Below are positions 50,975-64,000 of a DNA stretch of 64,000 nucleotides, one piece after another. A program made the translations under genes and the position numbers. Position 1 is the first letter of the stretch. Each line of letters opens with the position of its first letter. Source of the DNA: Squalus acanthias (lineage: Eukaryota). The notes beneath the pieces were generated by a model, which worked only from the letters and a program-made list of their open reading frames with translations, ran no database searches and was not told where the DNA came from. The DNA is taken from positions 30,754,001 through 30,818,000 of the forward strand of contig CM059433.1 of assembly GCA_030390025.1 (NCBI GenBank), given 5' to 3'.

Positions 50975-52561
50975 GGCCTAGAATTTGCTGGAGTGGGGCA
51001 TCTCGCAGTGTACCCTGTTAGTTAGACTTTTTCCCCTCACCCTTACGCTCGAAAATCTTTCGCGCCGAAACTTGCTGGAAGTGCGAGCTGATAACGGCAC
51101 GGCAAGATCAACGGGACATCTGGGATCTTAGTGAACGATGGGACCAAACTCCATCTCCTCAACCAATGAGATTTAAGCATTCAGAAAGAAATAGAGGAAC
51201 GATGGAGAAGGAAGTAGGGTGAATTCGAGTCAAATCAGGTACAGAAAGAGAAATAAAGAGAGGGAAAGAAAGATTGGATGAAGAGAGAGAGAGTAAAATG
51301 AGAGAGAGGAAAAGTAAGAAAAAATTTAACCATTTTAAATTTTAAACTTTAAAAACCTCTAAGAACAATTTACTAGCTGCAGGAATGAGACTCCACAGTT
51401 TAAATTGTTCTCTTTCTGGGCCAGAGAGGTTGATTGGTATTGCAGAAACATAGGGCTCAATTTTCACCAGCCCATGGAGGCGGGTTTGGAGGCGTGTGGG
51501 GTGGGAAAATAGCAGATTCAGGGGTCCCGAACCCATCCCACCCCCAACCCGCCTCCATGCCAGTTTCACAGGAGGCGGGTACCCGACCTGTGCTGGGACC
51601 CGCCTCCCCGAGGCGGGAAGGGGATTAGTGCCAATAAACTGCCTGTTAACAGGTAGTTAACAGGCAGTTTTTTGCCTAATCCCTATTTTTAGCCCTGAAG
51701 TGTGGGCTTCCCGACAGGTCCGAACCACGCCAATTTAGCAAGGCGGACCGTCGGTCTGGAGGACTTGGAGGGGTCGAGATGTCCGGTGTGCAGGTGAGTG
51801 ATGGGTGCATGAGTGCAGAGGTAAGTGTGTTCGGTGTGTGTAAAGTGTTTTAAGAACTTGTACTTAACTTAACTTTGTCCTGCAGGCTTCCTTCCTTCAG
51901 TTCTCGGGAGTCCCTCAGCTCACCGGCACAGAAAGCAGAATGGCCGCGGAGCTGTCAAAAGCTGCAGTCTCTGCTTTCTGTGCTGGATTGATTTCTAACT
52001 GAGTTTAAGTACAGGGACTCACGTTAGAAGTCATATTGTCAGTGTTTGACAGCTTCACAGAGCTGTCAAACGCTGAAATTTCATCTGTCAAAAGCTCTTG
52101 ACAGATGAAATTTCAATGGCTGACGTCACCTGTATCCAAGGGACCCTTGATTGGCCTGCTAAGCCCGCTGGGTGGGCTTAACAAGGTCAATCAAGGAAAA
52201 ATACAGTGGATTGGCCACAAGTCGATGGAGGCGGGACTACAACCCAAAAAGTGGGAGTTCCGCCTCCATCACGTCCCCATTGACAAAATCCAGCCCATAA
52301 ATCTCGTCATTAAAAAGGTTAAGTGCCAGCCCTAACTTTCTGGGCAATTAACGTGCAAATGCAGCAACATCATGAGGGTGAGATGTCGTTTTCGCGAGGC
52401 TAAAGGCAGAGTGGCGCAAATCGTCCAGAAACCTGTGGCAATTCGCAACTCACCAGGTATCTCTTCCTCGCCACAAGTTGCTGGGCCTTTTACACATTAA
52501 TAATGGCGAGCGCCATTATTATTTTAATATGTTATGTTATTTTGGAAGAAAATTCTAGGCC
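50975..52561. mobile_element. Harbinger-type MITE hosting a nested MITE
   Basis: TIR GGCCTAGAATTT / AAATTCTAGGCC. Confidence 0.8.
51453..52296. mobile_element. Nested Harbinger-type MITE
   Basis: ATA|GGGCTCAATTTT…AAAATCCAGCCC|ATA. Confidence 0.8.
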
Positions 52562-52864
52562 ATTATATTTAATTAAGTTTTAATTAGCAGTCCAGCTTCA
52601 TGTTATGTGAAGCTCATGGTTTCTTAAGCCAACAAATCGTAGTCCATGATTTATTTACTGTAGGGAACAAAAACATTCTCATCTTCTATCTTTTCAGTTC
52701 TATTTAATAATTGAACTCTTATACTAAATTCTTCCTCAATGTCTTGATTTTTTGCTAGTGAGAATAAATCGAAATCTCCGAAAGTCTCCTGATGAACTAA
52801 TGATCTGACTAGTATCCCAGGACTTTTGACACAAAAAATGTTGGTTCTTGTTTTGAAAGCCAAT

Positions 52865-54020
52865 CATCTCAGCCCCAGGACATCACTGCAGGAGTTCCTC
52901 AGGAAAGCTTCCTAGGCCCTGAGCTATGTTCAGATGCTTCTTCAATGAGCTTCCCTCTATCATGAGGTCAGAAGCGAGGCTGTTTGCTGATGATTGCACA
53001 GTGTTCAGTTCCGCTGGCAATTCCTCAGATAATGATGCAGTCCGTGCCCGCAAACGGCAAATGATGCTTGGTCAATTGTTAATTTTAAATCTGAGATTGA
53101 TAGATTTTTGTTAACCAAAGGTATTAAGGGATATGGGGCAAAGGCGGATATATGGAGTTAGGTCACAGATCAGCCATGATCTCATCGAATAGCAGAACAG
53201 TCTCAAGGGACTAAAAGGCCTATTCCTGTTCCTATGTTCCTCGAACTAAAGAGAGACGCATTTTGACTGACATCAGGAAAGAGCAGAAATGTTCGAAGAT
53301 ATAGAGAAGAGGGAATCATATATGATGAAACTCAGTGCAAACCATGCATAACCACAATTACAAAAAAAAAATAAAAAGAGGAGATATAGTAAATAAACTA
53401 ATCAAACTCAAAGAGGTTAAAACCCCTGGTCTGGATGGATTACATCCACGCATTTTAAAGAATCTAGGGAAGAGATAGCAGAGGCATTACTACACATATT
53501 TAATAATTCGTTAGAAAAAGGTGTAGTGCCAGAGGACTGGTGGATAGCTAACATAATACCTATATTTAAGAAGGGAGATAGAACATATCCAGGGAACTAT
53601 AGACCAGTCAGCTTAACATCAGTGGTAGGAAAAATAATGGAAGGCTGAGGGGGTGACCTAATAGAGGTCTTTAAAATTATGAACGGTTTTGTTTCCACTT
53701 GTGGGGAAGGGCAAAACTAGAGGCCATCAATATAAGATAGTCACCAAGAAATCAAATAGGGAATTCAGAAGGAACTTCTTTACCCAGAGAGTGGTGAGAA
53801 TGTGGAGCTCGCTACCACAGGGAGTGGTTGAAGCGAATAGTATAGATGCATTTAAGGGGAGGCTAGATAAGCATATGAGGGAGAAGGGAATAGAGGGTTA
53901 TGCTGATAGAGTTAGATGAGGAAAGACTGGAGGAGGCTCAAGTGGAGCATAAACGCTGGCATGGACTGATATGGGCCGAATGGCCTGTTTCTGTGCTGTA
54001 TATCCTATGTAATCCTATCT
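52865..54020 (+). mobile_element. Cluster of LINE fragments: family B RT 52865-53052, CR1 tail 53075-53240, internally deleted CR1 53400-54020
   Basis: RLFADDCTVF; PGNYRPVSLTSVVGK joined to the CR1 ORF2 end. Confidence 0.82.
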
Positions 54021-54274
54021 AATTACAGATTTGATAACTGGAGGAAATTGTGAATTGAAAGGGCCGAGACTCTCAGAGGTGTCTGGTACTCGGCTAATGA
54101 TATCCCCAGCACAAAATCTTTAACAAATTATGTTGAGTTATTGTTTCCTTTTATTAGCACCTTCCCTTGATAATCAAACCTAGCAGAGCTGATAAATCTG
54201 TCTCTGTGCTATCATATATTGAAACACGATCTCTCCTCACGCATTTTTCAACAACAACAACTTGCATTAATATA

Positions 54275-55017
54275 GGCCCAAAAATTAGTGAGGGAGCCTT
54301 CGTGCGGGGGTAAGGCTTCCCCGCGATATCTCACTGCGCGCCGGCTTTTTCATTCCCAGCTCGCACGAACTTGATGTTCTAGACATCAGCTGGGCAGTGC
54401 TTGCGTATCCCACAGGCGCAGTTAATTTGTGCGAGCTGTGGGATCACGTGATTCAGTTAGAGCCAATGGCAGCACACCATCTTTCATTCATAGTTTTCAC
54501 AATCAAGTGCTGTGAAAGCTATGAATCTATACCCCCCCAAAAGAACAGCTAAACCTCAATTAAATTTAAAAAAAACCATCACATTAATAAAATAAGTATA
54601 GTTAAATAAATTAACCACTTTAAACAAAAAATTAAATTTTTGAAAAAATTTAAAATCTTTTAAAAAGTTATAAAAATAAACTTACCTTTCTTTAAAGTCT
54701 CTAAAAAAGATATACCTGTTGAAAAAAATTCAAAATAATACTTAATTAACTACTTACCTTGTTAAAAGAGGGTCTTACGCCTCCTTTCTTTATGTGCAAA
54801 ATCTTCCATGCTTACCTGCGCGTTCAAAGCACTAAGTGCACTGCGTGTGCGCAGCCTGTAGCGCGCACGCGGTTCACTTAGGAACCGCCCCCTTTTGAAA
54901 TCACCAAGTGCCGGTTTTCAGCGCATGTGCAGTGCATGCAGAAAACCGGCAATTGGAGACAGAATACACGAGAGTACACAATGCGTACTCTCGCGTAGAG
55001 GCACTAATTTTTGGGCC
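54275..55017 (-). mobile_element. PIF/Harbinger-type MITE, family A copy 2, inserted in an L2 tail
   Basis: Same TIRs and body as 3618-4362, inverted; host L2 (-) spans about 54250-55330. Confidence 0.88.
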
Positions 55018-55520
55018 ATTGTGTCTTTAACATAGCAAATCGTCCCAAGGCACTTCACAAGAGCGTTTATCAATCAAAATTTGACACCGAGCCACAGCAG
55101 GAGATATCAGGACAGATGACCAAAAGTTGGTGCAAGTTAAGATAAGGGCAGCAGAGTTTTGGATGAGCACAAGTTTATGTAGGTTGGAAGATGGGAGGGC
55201 AGCCAGGAGAGCATTGGAATAGTCAAGTCTAGAGGTAACAAAGGCGTGGATGAGGGTATCAGCAGCAGATGAGCTGAGGAAAGCTCGGAGTCAGACGATG
55301 TTATGGAGGTAGAAGTAGGTAGTCTTGCTGATTATTATTTTTTCAATTAATAATCAACATTAGAAAAAGCAATTATTTGTGTTAAAATTAACTTTTCGGA
55401 TTCAGTTCACTTGACACTTGACCAAGTGCCCAGATTTGGTTTGGACTAGTTTGTGCAGATCGGGGATGAGTTGTAGACTCAGTATTTGCTGTTTCACTCC
55501 AGGGCTGTGAGTGTGTCATT

Positions 55521-57289
55521 GGCCGGAATTTTGTGGGGGGTCAGCACGCGCAATCGGTGGTGGGTCGGGTTGGAAAGTGTTTTTTTCCCCAGCGGGTCAG
55601 GACCTCGCTGTGAACCCGCTGCCACGCACCTTTCCCAATGTCGGGTCTGTCGGCGCTGAGCAGACCTGACACGCAGCGGCGCGGGACCCAATTCAGGTAA
55701 TTAGTGGCTTGTTTAGAGCCACTTAAAAATGATTTTCAGCTTACCTTTTGCATTTGACAGCTCGCCCATGGGGTTCACGCTAGTCATGGACCATGTCTGT
55801 CAAGCTGAGGTGGGAGTTCAGTGGCCCTTGTTCCAGCTGATTCCTTGACAGCTTCAAATGTAAAGTAAAAGGTCCCACCTTACAGAGATATCTTCCCTCA
55901 GCCACAAGCTCTTCCTCATGCATTTCCACAACAGATTCACCATGCTGCAAGTCTTTACACAAGTCTCTATCCAGTCTCACCTCATTACCTCTCTCACCAT
56001 TGACAGATCGTTCCTGTCATCTCTACTTCACCTGCCATCTATTCCGTCAGCATGGATGCCCTTTATACTCTCTCATCTTGGTCCTCAGAATCCCACCACG
56101 ATCAGCCCCAACACCAGCAGCACCAGGCACACCAGCAGCACCAACAACAACACTACAAATCTTCTCCGCAATCAACTGATGCGGCACAGGACACAGGGCA
56201 TCAGCACCCGACCACATTACTGCCCAGGAGGCCAGGGAAGGCTTCACCATGGACAGATTTACTTCACTTGACGCTGTACACCCTGGCTGCCACATGATGC
56301 ACCAGGTTGGCACAACCCCTCACCAATACCATAACGCATCCCTACAATGCCCAAGCCATTCCTTTCACACTCATCACCATTGCGGGGGGTACCGTTATGT
56401 CTCACCATTCACTGCAACTCACTAAGCCACTTCCAAAGGTGCACACAAATCTGTCCAAGAATGCAAAGTATTGAAAATAAAGGTTTCAATGTTTGACATC
56501 ACATTAACAGAAACTTTACATGAACATTGCATAAAACACCCAAGTGCCTACCCTTGTGTGTTGTTAGTTGGTATGATTGCACTAGGATGAGAGTGAGCAT
56601 GAGGAGTGGCTAGTGAGATGAGGATGTGATAATATAGATAGAGAGGGATGGGTGGAGGTCCAAGGTAAGTTGGTGTGAGTAAGGATGTGCAGGAGTAGGG
56701 TAGGGAAGACAGAGTGATGGGGATGTGATGAGAGGCACAGCAGGATGAGGTTGAGTGTGGCTTTACACGAACATTTCGAGATCTACTGAGATCATTGAAA
56801 TGTTTGTGGCACTGCACCCAGGTCCTCCTGACCACATCCCTGCTTGTGCCCTCCTGTGCAATGTGCAACCAGGCTGCGTTGGTGTCCTGGGGAGGTCTCT
56901 TCCGCCCATTGGAAGGGAAGAGGACCTCCCTGCGTGCTGTGACTCCCTCCATAAGCATATCAAGGGAGTCATAGGAGAGCAAAATACTGCGAGTCATAGG
57001 AGAGCTTGGGTGCAGCCCTGCACCTCTGTACAGTGCTTGTACATCTCAATGCTGTAGAACACTAACAGCACAAATGGCAAAGTAAATTTCTCCATGTTTC
57101 CTTTAAGGAAACCGGCTTTTGACGTGTCATCAAATTCCGTCACCAGACCCGCTTCCTCTAATTGGCCTGGAAACGCGCTGGGTGGGCTTAACAAGCCCTA
57201 TTGAGGTAAATTCATTTCACACAGCGGGGTCAGGAGCCGCCACTGACGTCGCCTGCCACGGACCCGCCGAGGTTAGTAAAATCCCAGCC
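55521..57289 (-). mobile_element. Internally deleted Harbinger element with Myb/SANT remnant
   Basis: Imperfect TIR GGCCGGAATTTT / AAAATCCCAGCC; ORF 56548-56997 (…TARREVLFP…RRTWVQCHKHFNDL). Confidence 0.82.
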
Positions 57290-57519
57290 ACTGAGTCCAA
57301 ATCTGTATCACAAAAAGTCTTGCATATTGTGTGTGTCGCTTTAAACGTGTTCACAGCGCTAAAAATAAAAATCAGCTATTCCATCTATCTTACTGGCTCA
57401 AATAACCACTCACTGTTAAGTTAACCATGCTGATTCACGCAGATATGAGCAGATAGGAAAAGCTATCAATCAAAGCAAACCACAGACAACCAACCAATTA
57501 ACTCATTCAAATATTCCCT

Positions 57520-57930
57520 TTCATTCCTTTGAGTATAAAAGATTGAGGGGTGCTCTGATCGAGGTGTTTAGAATGTTAAAAGGATTCATTAGGGTAGATA
57601 CAGAGAAACTATTTCCTCTGCTGGGGGAATCAAGAACAAGGGGACCCAGTCTTAACATTAGAGCTAGGCCGTCAGGATCAAAATCAGGAAGCACATATTC
57701 ACACAAAGGCTCGTGGAAATCTGGAATTCTCTTCCTCAAAAGGCTGTAGCTGCTGGGGGTCAATTGGAGTTTTCAAGACTGCAATTGATAGATTTTTGTT
57801 AGGTAAGGGTATCAAGGGATTTGGAGCAAAGGTGGGTAAATGGAGTTAAGATACAGATCAGCCATGATCTAATTGAATAGTGGAACAGGCTCGAGGGACT
57901 GAATGGCTTCCTCCTGTTCCTATGTTCCTA
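57520..57930 (+). mobile_element. CR1 3' fragment
   Basis: ORF 57543-57749 and tail. Confidence 0.88.
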
Positions 57931-58074
57931 AATAACATTTTTTGATTCCTTCATTCTTTTTTAAGGCAGCTATCTAAAAACCAAAACGGGTAAATTTAAC
58001 GCATTTGTGCTCCCAATGAATTATAATGCACTTTCCACCCATTATCCCAGTATGCTCTCCCCACATGCAGAACT

Positions 58075-58962
58075 CAGGAAGGAATTTTCTCCAGGGAGGC
58101 GAGGCCTAACTTTAAGGGCAGGGCCTGATTTGCATGTGAGGCCTCGCAATCCCACGTGCAGCCAGCCAGATTGTGAGGCTGGCTGCGGGCGGGTAGACCT
58201 GCAGATGCGAGGGGTTGGTCCGGGGTGGTGGGAGATCGTGGGAGTGGCAGGGAGGTCGGGAATCAGCTGTCGGGGATCGCGGTTGCGGGGGGGGGGTGTC
58301 GGCAGTCGGAGATCGGATTCGCGTGGGGGCTCGACAGGGGAGGGGGGGTGATCGGCCAGGGATCAGGGGGTGGAGGGGGTTGGTGGATAGGTGGGGGGGG
58401 GGGGGGGGGGGTGGCCAGCCGGGGATCGGAGGGGGGGTCAGGGATCGGCAGGGAGGGAGAGTGGATCGGGTTCGGCCACTGGAGGATTGTGGCCAGCCTC
58501 AGCATCATCGGTGGGGTGGGGCGGGGTGGCCTCATGGTGGGGATCGGAGGCCGGGGGGCGGGGGGGGCGGGGAATGTGCGGCCTGGGGAGGCGATTGGAG
58601 GCCTCGTGAGGGGGTCTCCGATCATGGGGAGTGAGTTAGGCAGGGACCCTCGATCCAGGAGGTAGGTATAAAGTCACTTACCTTCTGGATGCAGCAGTCC
58701 CCGCCTCGGTTTTACTGCCGGGTTTCATGAATTGTGTGAAACCCGTCCTTTGCAGTTAAATTCAAAATGGAGGTGAAAAAAGAGGCTTCCGGCCTCATTA
58801 TAATATTTAAATTGACGTACTGCTCCCTGGGAGCGGGTTGGTCACCCGCCCCCGTTAAATCCGGAAGTGGGTGGGTTGGAGGCGGGATCAGGTCGCAAAT
58901 TCCATTTTTAACAATTTAACTGCCCCCAAACCCACCCGTTTTATTAGGGAAAAATCCGGCCT
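58075..58962. mobile_element. GC-rich MITE-like element with G-tract core
   Basis: Right end aaaatccggcc; body resembles the other Harbinger MITEs; long G runs at 58230-58640. Confidence 0.55.
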
Positions 58963-59340
58963 CAGTGTAGGAAGTCTGAGTTCTTAAAATCTACGTTAAA
59001 ATTTAGAACACAACTAACCTAAATAATTCACAAAAAAAGTTTAACCTTGACCATAATGTTAGCTAGCTACTGTTGGAAATCTGTCCAATTTAGTTTTGGG
59101 CCTAATGATCAACTTTCTCTCAGGGTCGTGCAGCTTGAGAGTTGTTCCTTTGTTTGACCTTAGCTTACCTCAGCTGAGCTTTCCCTTTCAGTTCATCTTC
59201 CATGCCCAGTCACATCAATGCTGGCCTTCCATCTCCTAAATATACGTTTGTGCACTCTAGTGCTTCCCAGTCAACCCCAACCAACCGCATATGCTTCCAG
59301 GGCTGACCCTGGCCTGCCGCTTCTATTCTTTCATCCCGGG

Positions 59341-59940
59341 TCTCTGAGTCAGAACGTTACGGGTTCAAGTCCCACTCCAGGGACTTGAGCACATAATCCA
59401 GGCTGACGCTCCTGTGCAGTACTGAGGGAGTGCTGCACTGTTGGAGGTGCCGTCTTTTGGATGAGACGTTAAACCGAGGCCCCATCTGCCCTCTCAGGTG
59501 GATGTAAAAGATCCCGTGGCACTATTTTGAAGAAGAGCATAAGAACATAAGAACATAAGAAGTAGGAGCAGGAGTAGGCCATATGGCCCCTCGGGCCTGC
59601 TCCGCCATTCAATAGGATCATGGCTGATCCGAACCTAGACTCACGTCCACTTCCCTGCCCGCTCCCCATAACCCTTAATTCCCTTATCAGCTAGGAAACA
59701 GGGAGTTCCCCCTGGTGTCCTGGCCAATATTTACCCCTCAACCAACATCACTAAAAAACAGATTATCTGGTCATTATCTCATTACTATTTGTGGGACCTT
59801 GCTGTGCACAAATTGGCTGCTGCATTTCCTACATTACAACAGCAACTGCACTTCACAAAGTACTTAATTGGCTGTAAAGTGCTTTGGGACGTCCTGAGGT
59901 TGTGAAAGGTGCTAAAAAATGCAAGTCTTTCTTTTTTCTT
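59341..59940 (+). mobile_element. DeuSINE containing a short CR1 3' insertion (59539-59690, -)
   Basis: (ATAAGAAC)n-tailed fragment interrupts the SINE. Confidence 0.87.
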
Positions 59941-59949
59941 TCTATGTTG

Positions 59950-60665
59950 GAACATAAGAACATAAGAAAAAGGAGCAGTAGTAGGCTATACGGCCCTCGA
60001 GCCTGCTCTGCCATTCAATATCAACGTGGCTGATCTCCGACCTCAACACCACTTTCCCGACCTATCCCCATATCCCTTGATTCACTTATTGTCAAAAAAT
60101 CTATTGCTCTCCATCTTGAATATACTCAACGACTGAGCATCCACAGCCGTCTGGGAACTTGCTGCTGTCCACCTGATACTGCTGCTGATTCCTGGGACCA
60201 CCAGGAGAAGCCTGGTGCTTGTTCCCCAAGGCAGCAGCAGGCAGCCAAAGCCTACATTATCTTCAGCTCAATTCTTCACTGGGGCTCTTCTGGCCTTTTA
60301 AATCTTCCGTCTATTCTTTCAATGGATGGAAAATTGTACGGGCTGTGCTGAACTTTGAACCTGAGCAACCGACACGTACTCTTGTCACACGAAAATCTGC
60401 GCTGCGAGGGCTTAAAATGTGGAACTTGCTACCACAAGGGGTGGTTGAGGCAAACAGCAAAGATGCATTTAAAGGGAAGCTAGATAAGTACATGAGGGAG
60501 AAAGGAATAGAAGGATATGCTGATAGGGTGAAAAAGAAAGAAAGAAAATGAAGAGGAAAATGAAGGTGAGATGAAGAGGGGTGGGAGGAGGCTCGTGTGG
60601 AGCATAAACACCGGCATGGACCAGTTGGGCCGAAGGCCTGTCTCTGTACTGTACATTCTATGTAA
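59950..60665. mobile_element. Two CR1 3' fragments (59950-60155 -, 60415-60665 +)
   Basis: CR1 tails and WNLLPQGVVEANS motif. Confidence 0.82.
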
Positions 60666-61184
60666 ATAACAAAGGAAACCCATTTAATTTAAATGTCACT
60701 AACTACAACTGAGAAACACAGACTATTGCTAAATTGTGGGGGTGGGTTAAAAAATGACGCACATAGTTTTATTTTGTATAAATATTAATTTACTGCTGTG
60801 AATCATTAAGACAACTTGATCCTTTAATATAACGCAGCACTGGAGGTACTTTAATAATTTGACACTTTCTTTCGGAAGAATTAGACCTCAGATTCCATGA
60901 CATGACACAGCTACATTAAAATGGCAGTGACAGTGTTGCAAATTAATTGACGTTAGCAAAGCCAGCTTCTGCATGCATGGAAAAACATTACACATAATGA
61001 ATACTCAGAAGACAAGGGAGCACAACATGGATCAGAACACTCTGAGCAGCGAAGCAATACCTTTATTTACTTTGAAGATTTACTCCCCATTTTATTATTC
61101 TGCCTTCTCTTTCTAAAGTTGCTGACTAATACAGTTTCATGGGGGCTGGGACCCCTCTGATACTTCACCCAAGACAGTGAGTTC

Positions 61185-61510
61185 TAGAATGATACAGCAC
61201 AGAAGGAGGCCATTCAGCCCATTGCACCTGTGCCGGCTCTTTGTAAGAGCTATCCAATTTGTCCCACTCCCCCCACTCTTTCTCCATAGCCCTGCAAATA
61301 TTTCTTTTTTAAGTGTATATCCAATTCCTCTTTGAAAGTTACTATTGAATCGGCTTCCTTCACCTCAGGCAGCACGTTCCAGATCATAACAACTCGCTGC
61401 GTAAAAAAAAGTTCTCCCCATCTCCCCAACTGGCAGTTTTTGCCAATTATTCACAACCCTCCTGCCGATGGAAATAGTTTCTCCCTAGCTACGTTATCCA
61501 AACCTCTTAT
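61185..61510 (-). mobile_element. CR1 3' fragment
   Basis: CR1 3' UTR. Confidence 0.85.
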
Positions 61511-61607
61511 CAGTAGTCATGATGCGGAGATGCCGGCGTTGGACTGGGGTGGACAAAAATGAGAAGTCACACAACACCAGGTTATAGTCCAACAGATTTA
61601 TTTAAAA

Positions 61608-61645
61608 TTACAAGCTTTCGGAGCTGTCGCCCCTTCGTCAGGCAA
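61608..61645 (-). ncRNA. Minimal hammerhead ribozyme motif (inverted copy)
   Basis: UUGC-CUGACGA-A-GGGGC-gaca-GCUCC-GAAA-GC-UU-GUAA. Confidence 0.75.
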
Positions 61646-63178
61646 AGTTACTGTGAGAGAATCTATCAGAATTCACAGAATATAAAAACACAGAGAAAAT
61701 GCATAGATTAAATCTTTCCCTACATCAAAGACACACTAAGAGCACAGCCAAGACAATGAGATGTGTCCCAGGGGGTCCAACGCGTCAGAACACCTGCTGG
61801 CTGCATATCCTCTCCATTTTTTGTGTTTGTTTCTTGTGTTTTTTTTTAAAACTGGAAAGACCGGCAACGATGTCAAGTCAAGTTCGCGTGACATGAACCC
61901 GATATCCCGATTGAGGCCGTCCTCATGAGTGCGGAACTTGGCTATCAGTTTCTGCTCGATGATACTACTCCTCAGAATCGGTTTCATTCTTGGACACACG
62001 AATCTCCATCAAAGATGGACGCCTCAGCACTTCACTCTACCGCAAGCCCACGGACAACCTCACGATGCTCCACTTCTCCAACTTCCACCCTAACCACGTT
62101 AAAGAAGCCATCCCCTATGGACAAGCCCTGCGAATACACAGGATCTGCTCAGACGAGGAGGAACGCGATGGACACCTACGGACACTGAAAGACGCCCTCG
62201 TAAGAACGGGATATGACGCTCGACTCGTCGATCGACAGTTCCGACGGGCCACAGCGAAAAACCGCACAGACCTCCTCAGAAGACGAACACGGGACACAAC
62301 CAACAGAGTACCCTACGTCGTCCAGTACTTCCCCGGAGTGGAGAAACTACGCCATGTTCTTCACAGCCTTCAACATGTCATCGATGACGACGAACACCTT
62401 GCTAAGGCCATCCCCACGCCTCCACTACTCGCCTTCAAGCAGCCGCCTAACCTCAAAAGTACCATCGTTCGCAGCAAATTACCCAGCTGTCAGGAGAACA
62501 GCGACCACGACGCCACACAACCCTGCCATGGCAACCTCTGCAAGACATGCCAGATCATGAACACAGATACCGTCATCACACGTGAGGACACTACCCACCA
62601 GGTACATGGTACATACTCATGTGACTCGGCCAACGTTGTCTACCTGATACATTGCAGTAAAGGATGCCCCAGAGCATGGTACATCGGCGAGACCATGCAG
62701 ACACTGAGACAACGTATGAACGGACACCGCGCAACAATCGCCAAGCAGGATGGTTGCCTCCCAGTCGGGGAACACTTCAGCAGTCAAGGGCATTCAGCCT
62801 CGGATCTGCGGGTTAGCGTTCTCCAAGGCGGCCTTCGTGATACACGACAACGCAAATTCATCGAGCAGAAACTGATAGCCAAGTTCCGCACTCATGAGGA
62901 CGGCCTCAATCGGGATATCGGGTTCATGTCACGCTATAGAACGTGACTTGACATCTTTGCCGGTCTTTCCAGTTTTAAAAAAAAACACAAGAAACAAACA
63001 CAAAAAATGGAGAGGATATGCAGCCAGCAGGTGTTCTGACGCGTTGGACCCCCTGGGACACATCTCATTGTCTTGGCTGTGCTCTTAGTGTGTCTTTGAT
63101 GTAGGGAAAGATTTAATCTATGCATTTTCTCTGTGTTTTTATATTCTGTGAATTCTGATAGATTCTCTCACAGTAACT

Positions 63179-63216
63179 TTGCCTGACGAAGGGGCGACAG
63201 CTCCGAAAGCTTGTAA
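63179..63216 (+). ncRNA. Minimal hammerhead ribozyme motif
   Basis: Identical to the 61608-61645 motif; core intact. Confidence 0.75.
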
Positions 63217-63774
63217 TTTTAAATAAATCTGTTGGACTATAACCTGGTGTTGTGCGACTTCTCATTCTTATCAGTAGAGCATTGGACTAGGCTGTGTATT
63301 GTAACACAGTTGAACTCACCTGACATTCCATTCGGGGGGCACTTTTCAGCAAGGGCTACTGGATAGCAATCAGGAGCAGAAATTTTGGGAGTCAGGGATG
63401 TGAAGGCGAATCATGGTTTCACATTGCCTTGTTAGTTGAGATTTTAAAAAAATGCACCACGGATCAGGAATTGAACCCGGGACCCTCCTGCTCTAAATGG
63501 TTCAGTCCCGCTGAATGAAGTGCGTTTACCCTCTGTGGAATGGGGAAGTCCAGGAACAGCCATTTCAAAAGTGGCTTTATCCCATTCTTTACCATTACTG
63601 GTAAGACTGGATGCTTTGATTTTGCACCTTGGTGATATGGTCACTAGATAGATACAGCTGAGGGAGGCCATTCGACCAATCCTAGCTCATCCGCCCACTG
63701 AGGCCATACTGGTCTCCCTCCCCCTCCCCCATCATGGCATAACTGCTTCCTAAATGTTTTTACGCAGTGAGTTG

Positions 63775-63982
63775 TTATGATCTGGAATGCACTGCCTGAA
63801 AGGGTGATGGAAGCAGGTGCAATCGTAACTTTCAAAAGGGAATTGGATAAATACTTGAAAAGGAGAAATTTGCAGGGCTATGGGGAAAGAGCGGGGGAGT
63901 GGGACTAACTGGCTAGCTCTTCAAAGAGCCGGCACAGGCACGATGGGTCGAATGGCCTCCTTCTGTGCTGTACAATTCTATT
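63775..63982 (+). mobile_element. CR1 3' fragment
   Basis: CR1 ORF2 end and 3' UTR. Confidence 0.87.
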
Positions 63983-64000
63983 GTTCTAGAGTTTTCACCG

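Larger units (their letters stand above)
61517..63265 (+). mobile_element. Penelope-like element (second family) with inverted 5' segment
   Basis: Open 318-aa frame 61990-62946 (LYRKPTD, AIPYGQALRIHRICS, VVYLIHC…WYIGET); about 400-bp inverted repeat 61558-61962 / 62858-63266; duplication TCTTATCAGTAG at 61505-61516 and 63266-63277. Confidence 0.95.

Noticed and set aside
52651..52863. 70-aa minus-strand ORF as a host exon
   Set aside because: No recognisable domain or clear splice sites; abuts a LINE fragment
58007..58665. Gly-rich and Pro-rich ORFs
   Set aside because: Derived from G tracts within a MITE-like element

Overview
Vertebrate genomic DNA, very likely from a cartilaginous fish (shark), judged from its repeat content: Deu-domain tRNA SINEs, several CR1 and L2 LINE families, Penelope elements and GC-rich PIF/Harbinger MITEs. 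Most of the window is nested transposon debris. Only one convincing host coding exon is visible: a 125-bp calcium-binding EGF exon on the minus strand (16997-17121) that best fits EYS (eyes shut homolog), so the window is probably two large introns. About 18 kb upstream on the same strand is a CpG-rich, disabled copy of the first coding exon of ZFYVE1/DFCP1, with three in-frame stops and an intact splice donor. Other notable items: a 1.1-kb solo LTR nested in a LINE nested in a SINE; two Penelope insertions with long inverted repeats that each carry minimal hammerhead ribozyme motifs; a CR1 whose internal deletion fuses ORF1 in frame to the endonuclease; a decayed two-gene Harbinger transposon with many related MITEs; and an unclassified 2-kb insertion built around a purine-rich minisatellite. 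I found no new multi-gene system. All identifications come from reading and recall, not database searches, and repeat boundaries are approximate unless a TSD or TIR is quoted.
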